This document shows positions 10,123 through 19,241 of a DNA stretch of 64,000 bases, one piece after another (positions within the stretch are counted from its first letter, which is position 1; every line of letters begins with the position of its first letter). The notes beneath the pieces are model-generated. The model saw nothing but the letters and a program-made list of their open reading frames with translations. It had not been told where the DNA came from and did no database searches. Both the position numbers and the translations under genes were made by a program. Source of the stretch: Dehalococcoidia bacterium (GTDB lineage Bacteria; Chloroflexota; Dehalococcoidia; Lucifugimonadales; UBA3495); contig DAOUIZ010000066.1 of NCBI GenBank assembly GCA_034423195.1, positions 95,740 through 159,739 on the forward strand. Reading direction: 5' to 3'.

Positions 10123-10992
10123 GCTGTTGGGAGACCCATTATAGGTTGCGCCCGGGGCGGTGTCGACTGGAATCTCCACCCCGACACCGGCCTCCGTAGG
10201 GGCAGGATGCGGGGCATCGGCCGGCGATGCAAGTGGCGCGGGTTCGCTCAATGTCGGAGGGTAAAGACCTGCCTCCTCCAGTTGTTCCTGCAGCTCTTGC
10301 GTACTCAGCGAATACTCCGCCAATTCGTCCCTGAACCTGGACCGGGCTGCCTCCAGCTCCCGTTTCGCCTTTTGGACCCGGCGGATTTCAATGATGATGG
10401 AGCGGGCGGTCAACGCCGGCCCCAGCACTATCCCCACCACTCCAAAGGTCCCCACCGCGAACCGTATGCCCGTCGAGGCAGCGACGGAACCTCCGGCCCC
10501 TCCCCCAACGGAGGCGAACCGGGGCGCGATGGTCACGACCCGGGCCAACACCGGGCGCACCACCGTCGCACCTACGGGCCGTGCCACGTTCAGGATGGCG
10601 CCCGACGAGGTCCTCCAGATAGTGCCGGCAGTAAAGCTCGCGGCATGCTGACCGACTATCCTGGTGCGGGAATGAATCGGGCCGTCCGCCAGGGTCTGCC
10701 GGCGGCGCTTTAACACCCTTCGCCACCGGGGCAGCGGCTTATCAGGAGTCTCCTCCGGGTCCGGCTCATGCAGTGCCTCGGGCAGTTCCGGCTCCGGCAG
10801 CCCCAGTTGGAGACAAAGGCCGGTCTGCTGGTCGTACAGGGCCTGCATTTGCTCCCGGTGTTCCGCCTGCAGGGTTTCCAGTTCGGCCCTCAGCCCGGTG
10901 AGCTTGCTGCGGGCCCGCAGTTTGGCGACCACCTGGGCGAGGGCCGACCCTCCGGCGATTCCAAGAGGTACCAGGATTAGGGGAAGGGGCAT
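10108..10992 (-). CDS. hypothetical membrane protein with coiled-coil segments
   Basis: 294-aa ORF with GC3-rich codon usage. It has an N-terminal TM helix, a Gly-rich TM region (VGGGAGGSVAAS...GVVGIVLGPAL) and heptad-like segments. The last 5 codons overlap the 5' end of tRNA-Gly. Confidence 0.5.
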   Translation of the reverse strand: MPLPLILVPLGIAGGSALAQVVAKLRARSKLTGLRAELETLQAEHREQMQALYDQQTGLCLQLGLPEPELPEALHEPDPEETPDKPLPRWRRVLKRRRQTLADGPIHSRTRIVGQHAASFTAGTIWRTSSGAILNVARPVGATVVRPVLARVVTIAPRFASVGGGAGGSVAASTGIRFAVGTFGVVGIVLGPALTARSIIIEIRRVQKAKRELEAARSRFRDELAEYSLSTQELQEQLEEAGLYPPTLSEPAPLASPADAPHPAPTEAGVGVEIPVDTAPGATYNGSPNSAGVA

Positions 10993-11209
10993 TGGTTAGT
11001 ACAATTCCATCCGTAATTGTTCTAAGTATTTTAGCACGGAGGGACTGCGGTTGCCGCGGCAGCAACGGCTTCCGTTCCAGCCGCCCGGCTCCCTTCCACG
11101 AAACACGCCTGGAACGGTCTGTCCGCCTGAATCCGGCCGCGTCCTTGGGACGTTGTGTTATGTTGATGCCTGGTCTGATTTATCCTGCTCTGCACCGGGG
11201 AGTTCCAAT

Positions 11210-13681
11210 TTGCCGCATCGACTCCGTATCCCCCTGCCATTCACTGCCCTGGTTGTTGCCGCCCTACTCGCGGTGGCCTGCGAAGCCAGTCCCCAGGCGC
11301 CCTCCCCGACTCCCACGCCGGCGCAGATGGCACCCACCGCGTCTCGCACCACTCTCCCCTCGCCGGAACCGTCTCCTCAGCGTCCAGCCTCGCCAACGCC
11401 TGCCCCCGCCGCGGTCACAACCGCTGCGCCAGTGCCCCAACCGGGTCCGGCTGGAGGGGTGCAGCCGACCCCGACGCCCGGACCAACTCTTGCCCCGCCG
11501 GTTACGCCCGAACCCCAGCCTGCGCCGGCTTCCGAATCTGCCCCGGCGCCAACCGCCACGCCCGTACCGGAACCGGCCACTCCTCCTGCGGAAGAAACGG
11601 AACGGCCCATCCCTCCCGTGGCCGGAGAGCGGCCCCACAGCTTCACCCATCACGGGATTACGGTTGAAGACCCCTGGCACTGGCTGGAGGACGAGGACTA
11701 CCCGACGGTGGACGACGAGGATGTCCTGGCTTACCTCGAGGCCGAAAACGACTACTTCGAGGCCAGCATGGCGCCCTACCAGGACCTGATCGACACCATC
11801 TTCGAGGAGATCAAGGGGAGACAGCCGGGGGAATTGGCCAGCCTCCCCCGGCGCCGTGGGGAATGGTACTACCAGTGGCGTTATGGCGAGGGCAGCCAGT
11901 ACCGGCAGTGGCTCCGCTGGCCCGCGTCAACCCCGGACGCCCGGGAAGGCCCCCCGGACGGCGCGGAGGTCTTCCTGGATGAGCCGGAGCTGGCCGGAGA
12001 CCTGGAATACTTCCGCCTGGGGTCGCTGTCCTTCAGCAACGGCGGGACCCTGCTGGCTTATAGCACCGACACCGACGGGTCGGAGCAATACACCCTGGAG
12101 ATCAAGGACCTGGCAACCGGGGAGTTGCTGCCCGACCGGATCGAGCGGGTCCGGGGCCGGGCGGTCTGGACCCCCGATGACCAGTCCTTCTTCTACACTG
12201 TGCTGGACGACAACGGACGCCCCTGGCAGGTGCGGCGGCACGTTCTCGGAGAGCCCGTGGAGAGCGATGCCATCGTGCATGAGCAGCCCGGCGCCGGGCT
12301 GTTCGTCTGGGTTTCGGACACGGCGTCCGGGAAGTACATCATCGTCAGCGAGGGCGACCATGTAACCTCCGAGCGGAGGCTGATCCCGGCGGACGACCCA
12401 ACCTCTGAACCGCTGCTGGTGGCCCCGAGGAGAGACGGCCATGATTACTCCATAGACCACCAGGGAGACCGGTTCGTCATAATGACCAACGACAACCACC
12501 AGAACTTCCGCCTGGCCGTTGCGCCCGAGGACGACCCCACCCAGGCGTCGTGGGAAACCCTGTTGCCGGGTTCGGACTCGCTGTACCTCAACCATTTTCA
12601 CCTGACGGAGCAGTTCATCGCGGTGGAGGAAAGGATCGACGGCCTCGACCAGGTGCGGGTAATCAATCGCGCGGGAGACTTCACGCACATCGAATTTCCG
12701 GAGAACGCTTACACCGCCTACGTCAGCAGCGACCCCGAGTTTGACTCGGACACGATTCGCGTCACCTACACCTCCATGATCACGCCCCGCACCGTGTTCG
12801 ACTACCATCTGGAGACGGGGGAACTGGAGGAACGCCGCGTCCAGGAGATTCCCAGCGGGTACGACGCCTCCCGGTACGTGACCCACCGGGAGTTGGCCCT
12901 CGCCCGGGACGGAGTGGAAGTTCCGGTGTCCATCGTCCGCCACGAGGACACCCCGCTGGACGGGTCAGCGCCGCTGTACATCTACGCTTATGGTGCCTAC
13001 GGCAGCGCGGTTTCACCGTCCTTTTCCACCTCCCGGCTATCCTTGCTGGACCGGGGCTTCATCTACGCCATCGCCCACGTCCGGGGAGGCGACGACCTGG
13101 GATACCACTGGTACGAGGCCGGAAAGCTGTTCCAGCGGACCAACACCTTCAACGACTTCGTGGATGTGGCCCGCCACCTGGTAGACCAGGGATATGGGTC
13201 CGAGGGACGCATCGCCATCTCCGGGGGCAGCGCCGGAGGGACTCTCATGGGAGCGGTCGTCAACCAGGCCCCGGAGATGTGGGGAGTGGTGGCGGCCCAG
13301 GTCCCCTTCGTGGACGTTCTCAACACCATGCTCAACGCCGACCTGCCCCTGACGCCGCCGGAGTGGCCGGAGTGGGGGAACCCCATCGAGGACAAGGCCG
13401 CTTTCGAGTACATCCGTTCCTACTCGCCCTACGACCAGCTCAAGCCCGGCGAATATCCGGCGGTCCTGGTAACGGCTGGTCTCAACGACCGGCGGGTGAC
13501 CTATTGGGAGCCGGCCAAGTACGTGGCCAAGCTGCGGGCGGTCAAGACGGACGACAACCTGGTGCTGCTGAGGACGGACATGGGATCCGGTCACGGTGGG
13601 AGGTCCGGCCGGTCGGCGTGGTGGTACGAGACCGCCGAGCAGTTCGCCTTCATCCTGTCCCGCCTGGGACTGGCGGAATAG
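11210..13681 (+). CDS. S9A family serine peptidase (oligopeptidase B / prolyl oligopeptidase-like) with lipoprotein signal and Pro-rich tether
   Basis: The catalytic domain carries GGSAGG (ISGGSAGGTLMG) and the N-terminal propeller block HHGITVEDPWHWLED. The start is uncertain: the TTG at 11210 gives M-PHRLRIPLPFTALVVAALLAVAC (signal plus Cys), while the track start is 11051. A P/T/A-rich region of about 120 aa spans roughly 11280-11640. Confidence 0.85.
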   Translation: MPHRLRIPLPFTALVVAALLAVACEASPQAPSPTPTPAQMAPTASRTTLPSPEPSPQRPASPTPAPAAVTTAAPVPQPGPAGGVQPTPTPGPTLAPPVTPEPQPAPASESAPAPTATPVPEPATPPAEETERPIPPVAGERPHSFTHHGITVEDPWHWLEDEDYPTVDDEDVLAYLEAENDYFEASMAPYQDLIDTIFEEIKGRQPGELASLPRRRGEWYYQWRYGEGSQYRQWLRWPASTPDAREGPPDGAEVFLDEPELAGDLEYFRLGSLSFSNGGTLLAYSTDTDGSEQYTLEIKDLATGELLPDRIERVRGRAVWTPDDQSFFYTVLDDNGRPWQVRRHVLGEPVESDAIVHEQPGAGLFVWVSDTASGKYIIVSEGDHVTSERRLIPADDPTSEPLLVAPRRDGHDYSIDHQGDRFVIMTNDNHQNFRLAVAPEDDPTQASWETLLPGSDSLYLNHFHLTEQFIAVEERIDGLDQVRVINRAGDFTHIEFPENAYTAYVSSDPEFDSDTIRVTYTSMITPRTVFDYHLETGELEERRVQEIPSGYDASRYVTHRELALARDGVEVPVSIVRHEDTPLDGSAPLYIYAYGAYGSAVSPSFSTSRLSLLDRGFIYAIAHVRGGDDLGYHWYEAGKLFQRTNTFNDFVDVARHLVDQGYGSEGRIAISGGSAGGTLMGAVVNQAPEMWGVVAAQVPFVDVLNTMLNADLPLTPPEWPEWGNPIEDKAAFEYIRSYSPYDQLKPGEYPAVLVTAGLNDRRVTYWEPAKYVAKLRAVKTDDNLVLLRTDMGSGHGGRSGRSAWWYETAEQFAFILSRLGLAE

Positions 13682-13772
13682 ACCCCGCGCGGTTTCCCGC
13701 CGGAGAGCTTTGATTTATCATAGGGCTGGACGGGTGACCGCCCGGCCCTATCAGTTTTTCCTGCGGTGAGCC

Positions 13773-14708
13773 ATGCGCATCTGCACGACCCTGCCCAGCG
13801 CCACCGAAATCGTCTATGCCCTGGGCTTGGGAGACCAGGTGGTGGGAGTCTCCCACGCCTGCGACTACCCACCGGAAGTCAGGGGAAAGCCCGTCGTATG
13901 CCGCACCGTCCGGCAGCTTTCCCACCTGGACAGCCAGGAGATTGACGCCATCATCCAGCAGGCCCGGGCCAACAACAACCCGGTCCACTGGGTCGACGGC
14001 GATGTACTCCGGGAGCTGCGGCCCGACCTCATCATCACCCAGGAACTGTGCGAAGTCTGCGCCATCGGCAGCGGATCGGTATTCGAGACCGCGGCCCAAG
14101 TGCTGGACTACCAACCGGAAATCCTCACCATCCGCCCCACCGGCCTGGAGGACATCCTCCAGAACATCCTCCGCATCGGCCGCGCCGCCGGTGTCCCCGA
14201 ACGGGCGGAGTCGCTGGTCGGTTCCCTGAGGGGACGGGTGGAATACGTGCGGGGACGGCTGCAAGAAGGACTTACCGGCGAGCCTGCTACTCCCAGGGTA
14301 TTCTGCATCGACTGGCTGGACCCCTTGCGCAACACCGGGCAGTGGACCCCTGAGTTGGTCGAGTTAGCCGGCGGCGATGAAGGGCTGGCCGAGAAGTGGG
14401 GCATTTCCCGGGAGGTCGGGTGGGATGAGGTGGAGGCGTACCAGCCCGACTACATAATGGTCATGCCCTGCGCCTTCAACATGGAGCGGACAATTGCCGA
14501 ATCCAGGGAGCACCTGGCCCGGCAGGACGCTTGGCCGAGGCTTGAGGGAGTGAAGAAGGGGCAGGTGTACCTGTTCGATGGGCAGATTCCCAGCCGTCAC
14601 GGGCCCCGGGTGGTCGATGTCATGGAAGGATTGGCCGAAGCCATGTATCCCCGCCTGTTCCGGGGGCTGGCCCCTCCCGGAGTGTTCATTCCGGCCCCCT
14701 TCGATTGA
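13773..14708 (+). CDS. Peripla_BP_2-type (cobalamin/iron-siderophore binding protein-like) protein without signal peptide
   Basis: 311-aa ORF with IVYALGLGDQVVGVSHACDYP...LRPDLIITQELCEVC, typical of BtuF-like/cobalamin-binding proteins. Confidence 0.7.
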   Translation: MRICTTLPSATEIVYALGLGDQVVGVSHACDYPPEVRGKPVVCRTVRQLSHLDSQEIDAIIQQARANNNPVHWVDGDVLRELRPDLIITQELCEVCAIGSGSVFETAAQVLDYQPEILTIRPTGLEDILQNILRIGRAAGVPERAESLVGSLRGRVEYVRGRLQEGLTGEPATPRVFCIDWLDPLRNTGQWTPELVELAGGDEGLAEKWGISREVGWDEVEAYQPDYIMVMPCAFNMERTIAESREHLARQDAWPRLEGVKKGQVYLFDGQIPSRHGPRVVDVMEGLAEAMYPRLFRGLAPPGVFIPAPFD

Positions 14709-14751
14709 TACGTTCCGCGGTCCGTTCCGGCCGGCGACAGGGAGAAGGTAA

Positions 14752-15081
14752 ATGCTTTACATGGTGGAACTGAAGCACGACCCCCGGCAATGCCCCGGGG
14801 TGGCTCTGGATATCCGGGACCGGGTGCTGCGAATGGCGGAAACCAGGGAGCAGGCGATGGAGTTCCGGGGATGCACCTACCGGGGCGGGTGGGTCGGCAA
14901 GTCGTCGCACATGACGTTCCTGCTGATCGACGGCCCGGACGCTCACGCGGTGGATGACGCGGTGGTGGACTTGGGTTTCGCGGTGTGGAACACGGCGGAC
15001 ATCTACCCGGTCATCGGTCTGGACGACGCGGTGGAGGGGCTGCGCCAGATGCGGGAAAGAGACGCCGCGGCAGGCTCCTGA
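14752..15081 (+). CDS. hypothetical small protein
   Basis: 109-aa ORF with AGGTAA upstream and good GC3 bias. No motif that I can name with confidence. Confidence 0.5.
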   Translation: MLYMVELKHDPRQCPGVALDIRDRVLRMAETREQAMEFRGCTYRGGWVGKSSHMTFLLIDGPDAHAVDDAVVDLGFAVWNTADIYPVIGLDDAVEGLRQMRERDAAAGS

Positions 15082-15100
15082 ACTCCCCGGCGGGGCCGGT

Positions 15101-15445
15101 TTACGCCCAGGTTGTCTTGTCGTCGGGTATGGCGGCGTAGAGCTGGCCGTCCCGCACCGTCACCTCGAAACGGTACATCTGGGCGCGGGGGCCGTTGACG
15201 CAGATGCCCTCCGAAAGCTCAAACCGCCACCCGTGATCGGGGCACATGAAGCAGTTGTCCCAGCGGACGATCTGTCCCCAGGAGTGGGGGCAGATGGCCG
15301 AGAGCAGGTGGTAGGTTCCCGTCTTGTCCCTGACCAGGAAGTAATCGTCCCGCCCGACTTCCACCGGGTAGGGCAGGTCGGTGAAGGACGCCTCGGCTCC
15401 CAGTTCGATTTCCCGCACCGAGGGGTTGGCATCGGCAGTCGCCAT
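15101..15445 (-). CDS. Rieske [2Fe-2S] domain protein
   Basis: 114-aa ORF with both Rieske boxes, CPHSWG (C-x-H) and CPDHGW (C-x-x-H). Confidence 0.85.
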   Translation of the reverse strand: MATADANPSVREIELGAEASFTDLPYPVEVGRDDYFLVRDKTGTYHLLSAICPHSWGQIVRWDNCFMCPDHGWRFELSEGICVNGPRAQMYRFEVTVRDGQLYAAIPDDKTTWA

Positions 15446-15649
15446 AGTTCTTTACCGTCCGCTCAGGTTGGGGCCAGTGTAGAGCAGTTGACCGGCCGGC
15501 GCAACGGGAGGCAGCAGGCCAACATGATGGTGCCAGGGGACACGGGCCTCCCCGAGGCGCCCCCTTCCCAGCGGCGGCGGTGGACGGTATTATTGGCGGA
15601 ACGGCATTTGCGCGCCGAATCCCATCCCGAAAGTGAAGGATTAATCACC

Positions 15650-16576
15650 ATGCCCAATATCCTGGAGGACAAAGTCGCCATCGTCACCGGCTCGGGCCGG
15701 GGCGTTGGACGCGGCGTGGCCATGCTCATGGCCCAGGAAGGAGCCCAGGTCGTCGTCGTTGACCCGGGTGTCAACGTGGACGGTTCCGGCTTCGACCAGT
15801 CGGTGGCCCAGGTCGTGGCCGATGAGATCAACCAGGCCGGCGGAACGGCAGTGGCCTGCACCGAATCCGTCGCCACCATGGAAGGCGGCGAAGCCATCGT
15901 CCAGGCGGCCATCGACAACTTCGGCAAGCTGGACATAGTGGTCACCTGCGCCGGCATCCTGCGGGACCGCATGGTGTTCAACATGACCGAACAGGAATGG
16001 GATGACGTGATTGCGGTGCATCTGAAGGGCACTTTCTCCGTGGTCAAGCACGCGGCCATCCTCTTCCGGCAGCAGCGGTCGGGACGCATCATCACCTTCA
16101 CCTCGGAATCGGGGCTGATCGGCAACAGCGGACAGGCCAACTACGGCGCGGCCAAGTCGGGGATAGCGGGCTTCACCAAGGTGGTGGCCAAGGACATGGG
16201 CCGCTACGGCGTGACGGCCAACGCCATCGCGCCCCGGGCCAGCACCCGGATGATCGGCGCCATACCGGATTCGGCGGCGGAAATCCGGGCCAGGGGCGGC
16301 GTCGCTCCGATATCCGGCGAGGATGAGATAAGGGACCTGGACCCGGACGCCATTGCCCCATTCGTTTGCTTCCTGGCCAGCGATTACGCGGCCCGGGTCA
16401 ACGGGCAGACCTTCCTGGTCTATGGCAACCAGGTGTCGCTGATGTCCCAGCCCCGTCCGATGAACTCCATCTTCACCCCATCCGGCCATTGGGACATGGA
16501 AGAGCTGGCGCCGCTGGCCCGGAATGTCCTCACCGCCAACGTCGACAACCCCGCTCCGGCGGCGACGCAGGGGTGA
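15650..16576 (+). CDS. SDR family oxidoreductase (MFE-2 / Rv0148-like dehydrogenase), paralog 1
   Basis: The ATG at 15650 is in frame within track ORF 14954..16576. Motifs: TGSGRGVGRG (TGxxxGxG), NNAG-like TCAGI, and catalytic S...YGAAK. The upstream part of the track ORF is antisense to the Rieske gene. Confidence 0.9.
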   Translation: MPNILEDKVAIVTGSGRGVGRGVAMLMAQEGAQVVVVDPGVNVDGSGFDQSVAQVVADEINQAGGTAVACTESVATMEGGEAIVQAAIDNFGKLDIVVTCAGILRDRMVFNMTEQEWDDVIAVHLKGTFSVVKHAAILFRQQRSGRIITFTSESGLIGNSGQANYGAAKSGIAGFTKVVAKDMGRYGVTANAIAPRASTRMIGAIPDSAAEIRARGGVAPISGEDEIRDLDPDAIAPFVCFLASDYAARVNGQTFLVYGNQVSLMSQPRPMNSIFTPSGHWDMEELAPLARNVLTANVDNPAPAATQG

Positions 16577-16588
16577 CGGAAACCGGAC

Positions 16589-16957
16589 ATGACAACGCGA
16601 GAGCACGCCAGGGAGGCCAAAAAGCTTCTGCGGGAAATGGAACGGGATTTCGCCGTTGGGGATGAACTGGTGGCTTCGGAGAAGCTATGGCGGGCGGCAT
16701 CCCACGCTGTCAAAGCAATAGCCGAAGAGCGGGAGTGGCCCTGCGGGGACCGGAAGGAACTGCGGGACGTTGCGGTGCGTCTGTCGGAAGAGACCGGAGA
16801 CGGCCGGTACATTGGCGGATTCGGAATGGCCGAAGGGTTCTATCACAACGCCACGCTGGGCTGGATGGAAGACTTCCAACTGGCCGACCGCTACCTGGTG
16901 CGGGAGTTCGTCGAAGACACCTTTGACCTGATTGCCCCTGGCAGTGAGCGTCCGTAA
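16589..16957 (+). CDS. PaREP1/HEPN-like four-helix protein (paralog A)
   Basis: 122-aa ORF starting 12 nt after SDR-1. It shares the ASEKLW.AA.HAVKA core and a later F(Y)HN block with ORFs 16966..17340 and 30343..30696. The QAxEKaxxA helix resembles HEPN/PaREP1 families. This family call is from memory only. Confidence 0.5.
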   Translation: MTTREHAREAKKLLREMERDFAVGDELVASEKLWRAASHAVKAIAEEREWPCGDRKELRDVAVRLSEETGDGRYIGGFGMAEGFYHNATLGWMEDFQLADRYLVREFVEDTFDLIAPGSERP

Positions 16958-16965
16958 CGATACAC

Positions 16966-17340
16966 TTGGAGCCGATCATCACATCAGACGAACATATTAG
17001 GACAGCCGAGTATTTCCTGCTGGAATCTGACCGGGAGTTCAACGCGGGGGAACGCCTCCAGGCATCGGAAAAGCTCTGGGGGGCGGCGGCCCACTCTGTT
17101 ATCGCGGTTGCCCAAAAGCTGGACTGGCCCGCCGCGAAGCACGGAAACCTGAAGAACGGAGTCCGTCGGCTGGCCCGCCGATCAAGGGATGACAACCTGA
17201 CCCGCGGTTTCGCGGCAGGCGAGCGGTTTCACGCCAATTTCTACCATGACTTTATGACCGCGTCGGAAATCGAAAGATACCGGCCGATAACCAGGGCCTT
17301 TGTCGCGGATATGCTGGTCCTGGCCGGGTCGGCAGCGTAA
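16966..17340 (+). CDS. PaREP1/HEPN-like four-helix protein (paralog B)
   Basis: 124-aa ORF with a TTG start and the motifs ASEKLWGAAAHSVIAVA and ERFHANFYH (an R-x6-H spacing). Confidence 0.5.
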   Translation: MEPIITSDEHIRTAEYFLLESDREFNAGERLQASEKLWGAAAHSVIAVAQKLDWPAAKHGNLKNGVRRLARRSRDDNLTRGFAAGERFHANFYHDFMTASEIERYRPITRAFVADMLVLAGSAA

Positions 17341-17370
17341 ACAAGGAAAACCCAGGAGAGGAAACCCATC

Positions 17371-18285
17371 ATGCCCAATTTGCTCAAGGACAAAGTCGCC
17401 ATCGTTACCGGCTCCGGCCGGGGAGTCGGCCGGGGAGTGGCGATGCAAATGGCCGAAGAAGGGGCCAAGGTGGTCGTTGTCGACCCGGGCGTCAACGTGG
17501 ACGGTTCCGGCTTCGACCAGTCCATCGCCCAGGTGGTCGCGTCGGAGATCAACGAGGCGGGAGGCACCGCCGCCGCCTGTACCGAGTCCGTCGCCACGAT
17601 GCAGGGCGGCGAGGCTATCGTCCAGACGGCCATCGACAACTTCGGCAAGCTGGACATCGTGGTCACCTGCGCCGGCATCCTGCGCGACCGGATGGTCTTC
17701 AACATGTCGGAGCAGGAGTGGGACGATGTGATAGCGGTCCACCTGAAGGGAACGTTCACGGTGGTCAAGCACGCGGCCATCCTGTTCCGGCAGCAGCGTT
17801 CCGGGCGCATCATCACCTTCAGCTCCACGTCCGGCCTGTACGGCAACAGTGGACAGGCCAACTACGGCGCGGCCAAGGACGGCATCGCCGGGTTCACCCG
17901 CGTCGTCGCCAGGGACATGGGCCGCTACGGCGTTACGGCCAACTCCATCGCTCCCAGCGCCCAGACCCGCATGACCGGAAGCGTCCCCCAGGAGGCCCGG
18001 GACCTCCGCTCGACGCGTGGCATTACCGCCGGTTCGGGTCTGCTGGGCGAGGCCGATGACGTGGCTCCCTTCGTGACCTGGCTGGCATCGGACGAGTCGG
18101 CCCACGTCAACGGGCAGGTCTTCCACGTGACCGCCGGACTGGTGACCCTGCTGAACCAGCCCGAGCCGGTGAAGACCATCCAGAAGGACGGCCCCTGGAG
18201 CGTCGAGGAACTCATCAGCGTTTTCCCCGCCACCATCGGGATAGAGCTCTACAATCCCGCCCCGCCCCCCCCGCCATCGGCGTAG
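17371..18285 (+). CDS. SDR family oxidoreductase (MFE-2 / Rv0148-like dehydrogenase), paralog 2
   Basis: 304-aa ORF. It differs from SDR-1 at about 22 of the first ~200 residues by my count, and the C-terminal ~100 aa diverge. Confidence 0.9.
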   Translation: MPNLLKDKVAIVTGSGRGVGRGVAMQMAEEGAKVVVVDPGVNVDGSGFDQSIAQVVASEINEAGGTAAACTESVATMQGGEAIVQTAIDNFGKLDIVVTCAGILRDRMVFNMSEQEWDDVIAVHLKGTFTVVKHAAILFRQQRSGRIITFSSTSGLYGNSGQANYGAAKDGIAGFTRVVARDMGRYGVTANSIAPSAQTRMTGSVPQEARDLRSTRGITAGSGLLGEADDVAPFVTWLASDESAHVNGQVFHVTAGLVTLLNQPEPVKTIQKDGPWSVEELISVFPATIGIELYNPAPPPPPSA

Positions 18286-18343
18286 GTGGCCGCGATATGA
18301 CCCTGCCGCTCTGCCGCATTGGCCACCGGACATCGAAAGGGCC

Positions 18344-19063
18344 ATGTCATTGAAGGTGGTCACGTGGAACGTAGAATGGGCGGGGCCTAACTCACGGCGA
18401 ACCGCTGAAATCCTGCGCCGGATTGACGATCTGTCTCCCGAGGTTGTTTGTCTAACCGAGACTCATTCCGGGCTGCTGTCCCAACGTGGACACACGGTCT
18501 GCTCGCAGCCGGATTATGGGTATGCGGTGAAGGAACACCGGCGAAAGGTCATGCTCTGGTCGAAGGAACCGTGGAGCAGTGTGGATGACGTGGGAACCGA
18601 CACAATGCCGCCAGGCCGGTTCGTGTCCGGGGTAACCCGGACGTCGGTGGGCCGTGTCGCCGTGGTGGGAGTCTGCATCCCCTGGTTCATGTCACGGGCA
18701 GAGAGGAGCCGCAGTGAGGAACGCAAGGCGCCGTGGGAGGATCATGAGCAGTACCTGTCCGGACTAGGGCAAGTTCTCAGTAGTGCGCCTGGGGAGGGCC
18801 TGATGGTGATGGGCGACTTCAACCAGGCCATAGGACCGGGCAGCAGGGCGCCTGCCCAGCTTCAGATGGCCTTGCAGCAGGCATTCCCGTCGAGAATAAA
18901 GATCGTTACGTCTGAAATTGCGTTCCAGGGACGTCGAAGCATCGACCACATCGCGCTGGGCACGGATTGGAAAGTCCGCTCGGTAGAGGCGATCAGCAAT
19001 ATCCACGAGGAGAGGAAGCTGTCGGACCATTTCGGGGTTGTCGCTGATTTGTCTCCTCCGTGA
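18344..19063 (+). CDS. endonuclease/exonuclease/phosphatase (EEP) family protein
   Basis: 239-aa ORF with VVTWNVEW, VVCLTE, GDFN, SIDHI and SDHFGV, the canonical EEP catalytic blocks. GC looks lower than in neighbouring genes. Confidence 0.8.
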   Translation: MSLKVVTWNVEWAGPNSRRTAEILRRIDDLSPEVVCLTETHSGLLSQRGHTVCSQPDYGYAVKEHRRKVMLWSKEPWSSVDDVGTDTMPPGRFVSGVTRTSVGRVAVVGVCIPWFMSRAERSRSEERKAPWEDHEQYLSGLGQVLSSAPGEGLMVMGDFNQAIGPGSRAPAQLQMALQQAFPSRIKIVTSEIAFQGRRSIDHIALGTDWKVRSVEAISNIHEERKLSDHFGVVADLSPP

Positions 19064-19181
19064 TCTCATGGGAATTGGGCCGTACCGTTGCCCCCACCCT
19101 CTAAGTAATCTTCCCAAGCCCGCCCGTCCCTCTTCCGTCCGCCGGGTTGACGATGCTCGAAACCGCCCGGCACAAAATTGG

Positions 19182-19190
19182 TGATATAAT
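19182..19190 (+). promoter_or_regulatory. candidate extended -10 promoter element (TGaTATAAT)
   Basis: TGATATAAT lies 52 nt upstream of the ATG at 19242. There is no good -35. Confidence 0.35.
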
Positions 19191-19241
19191 TGTGAACAAA
19201 TCGTTTATATCGGCAAGTTGTTCCGATTTCAGGAGGATAGC

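Noticed and set aside
14954-15649. N-terminal 232-codon extension of the SDR-1 ORF.
   Set aside because: The extension is antisense to the Rieske gene and has no SDR homology. Paralog SDR-2 starts at the equivalent MPN(I/L)L residue, and a GAAGGA RBS-like element precedes 15650.
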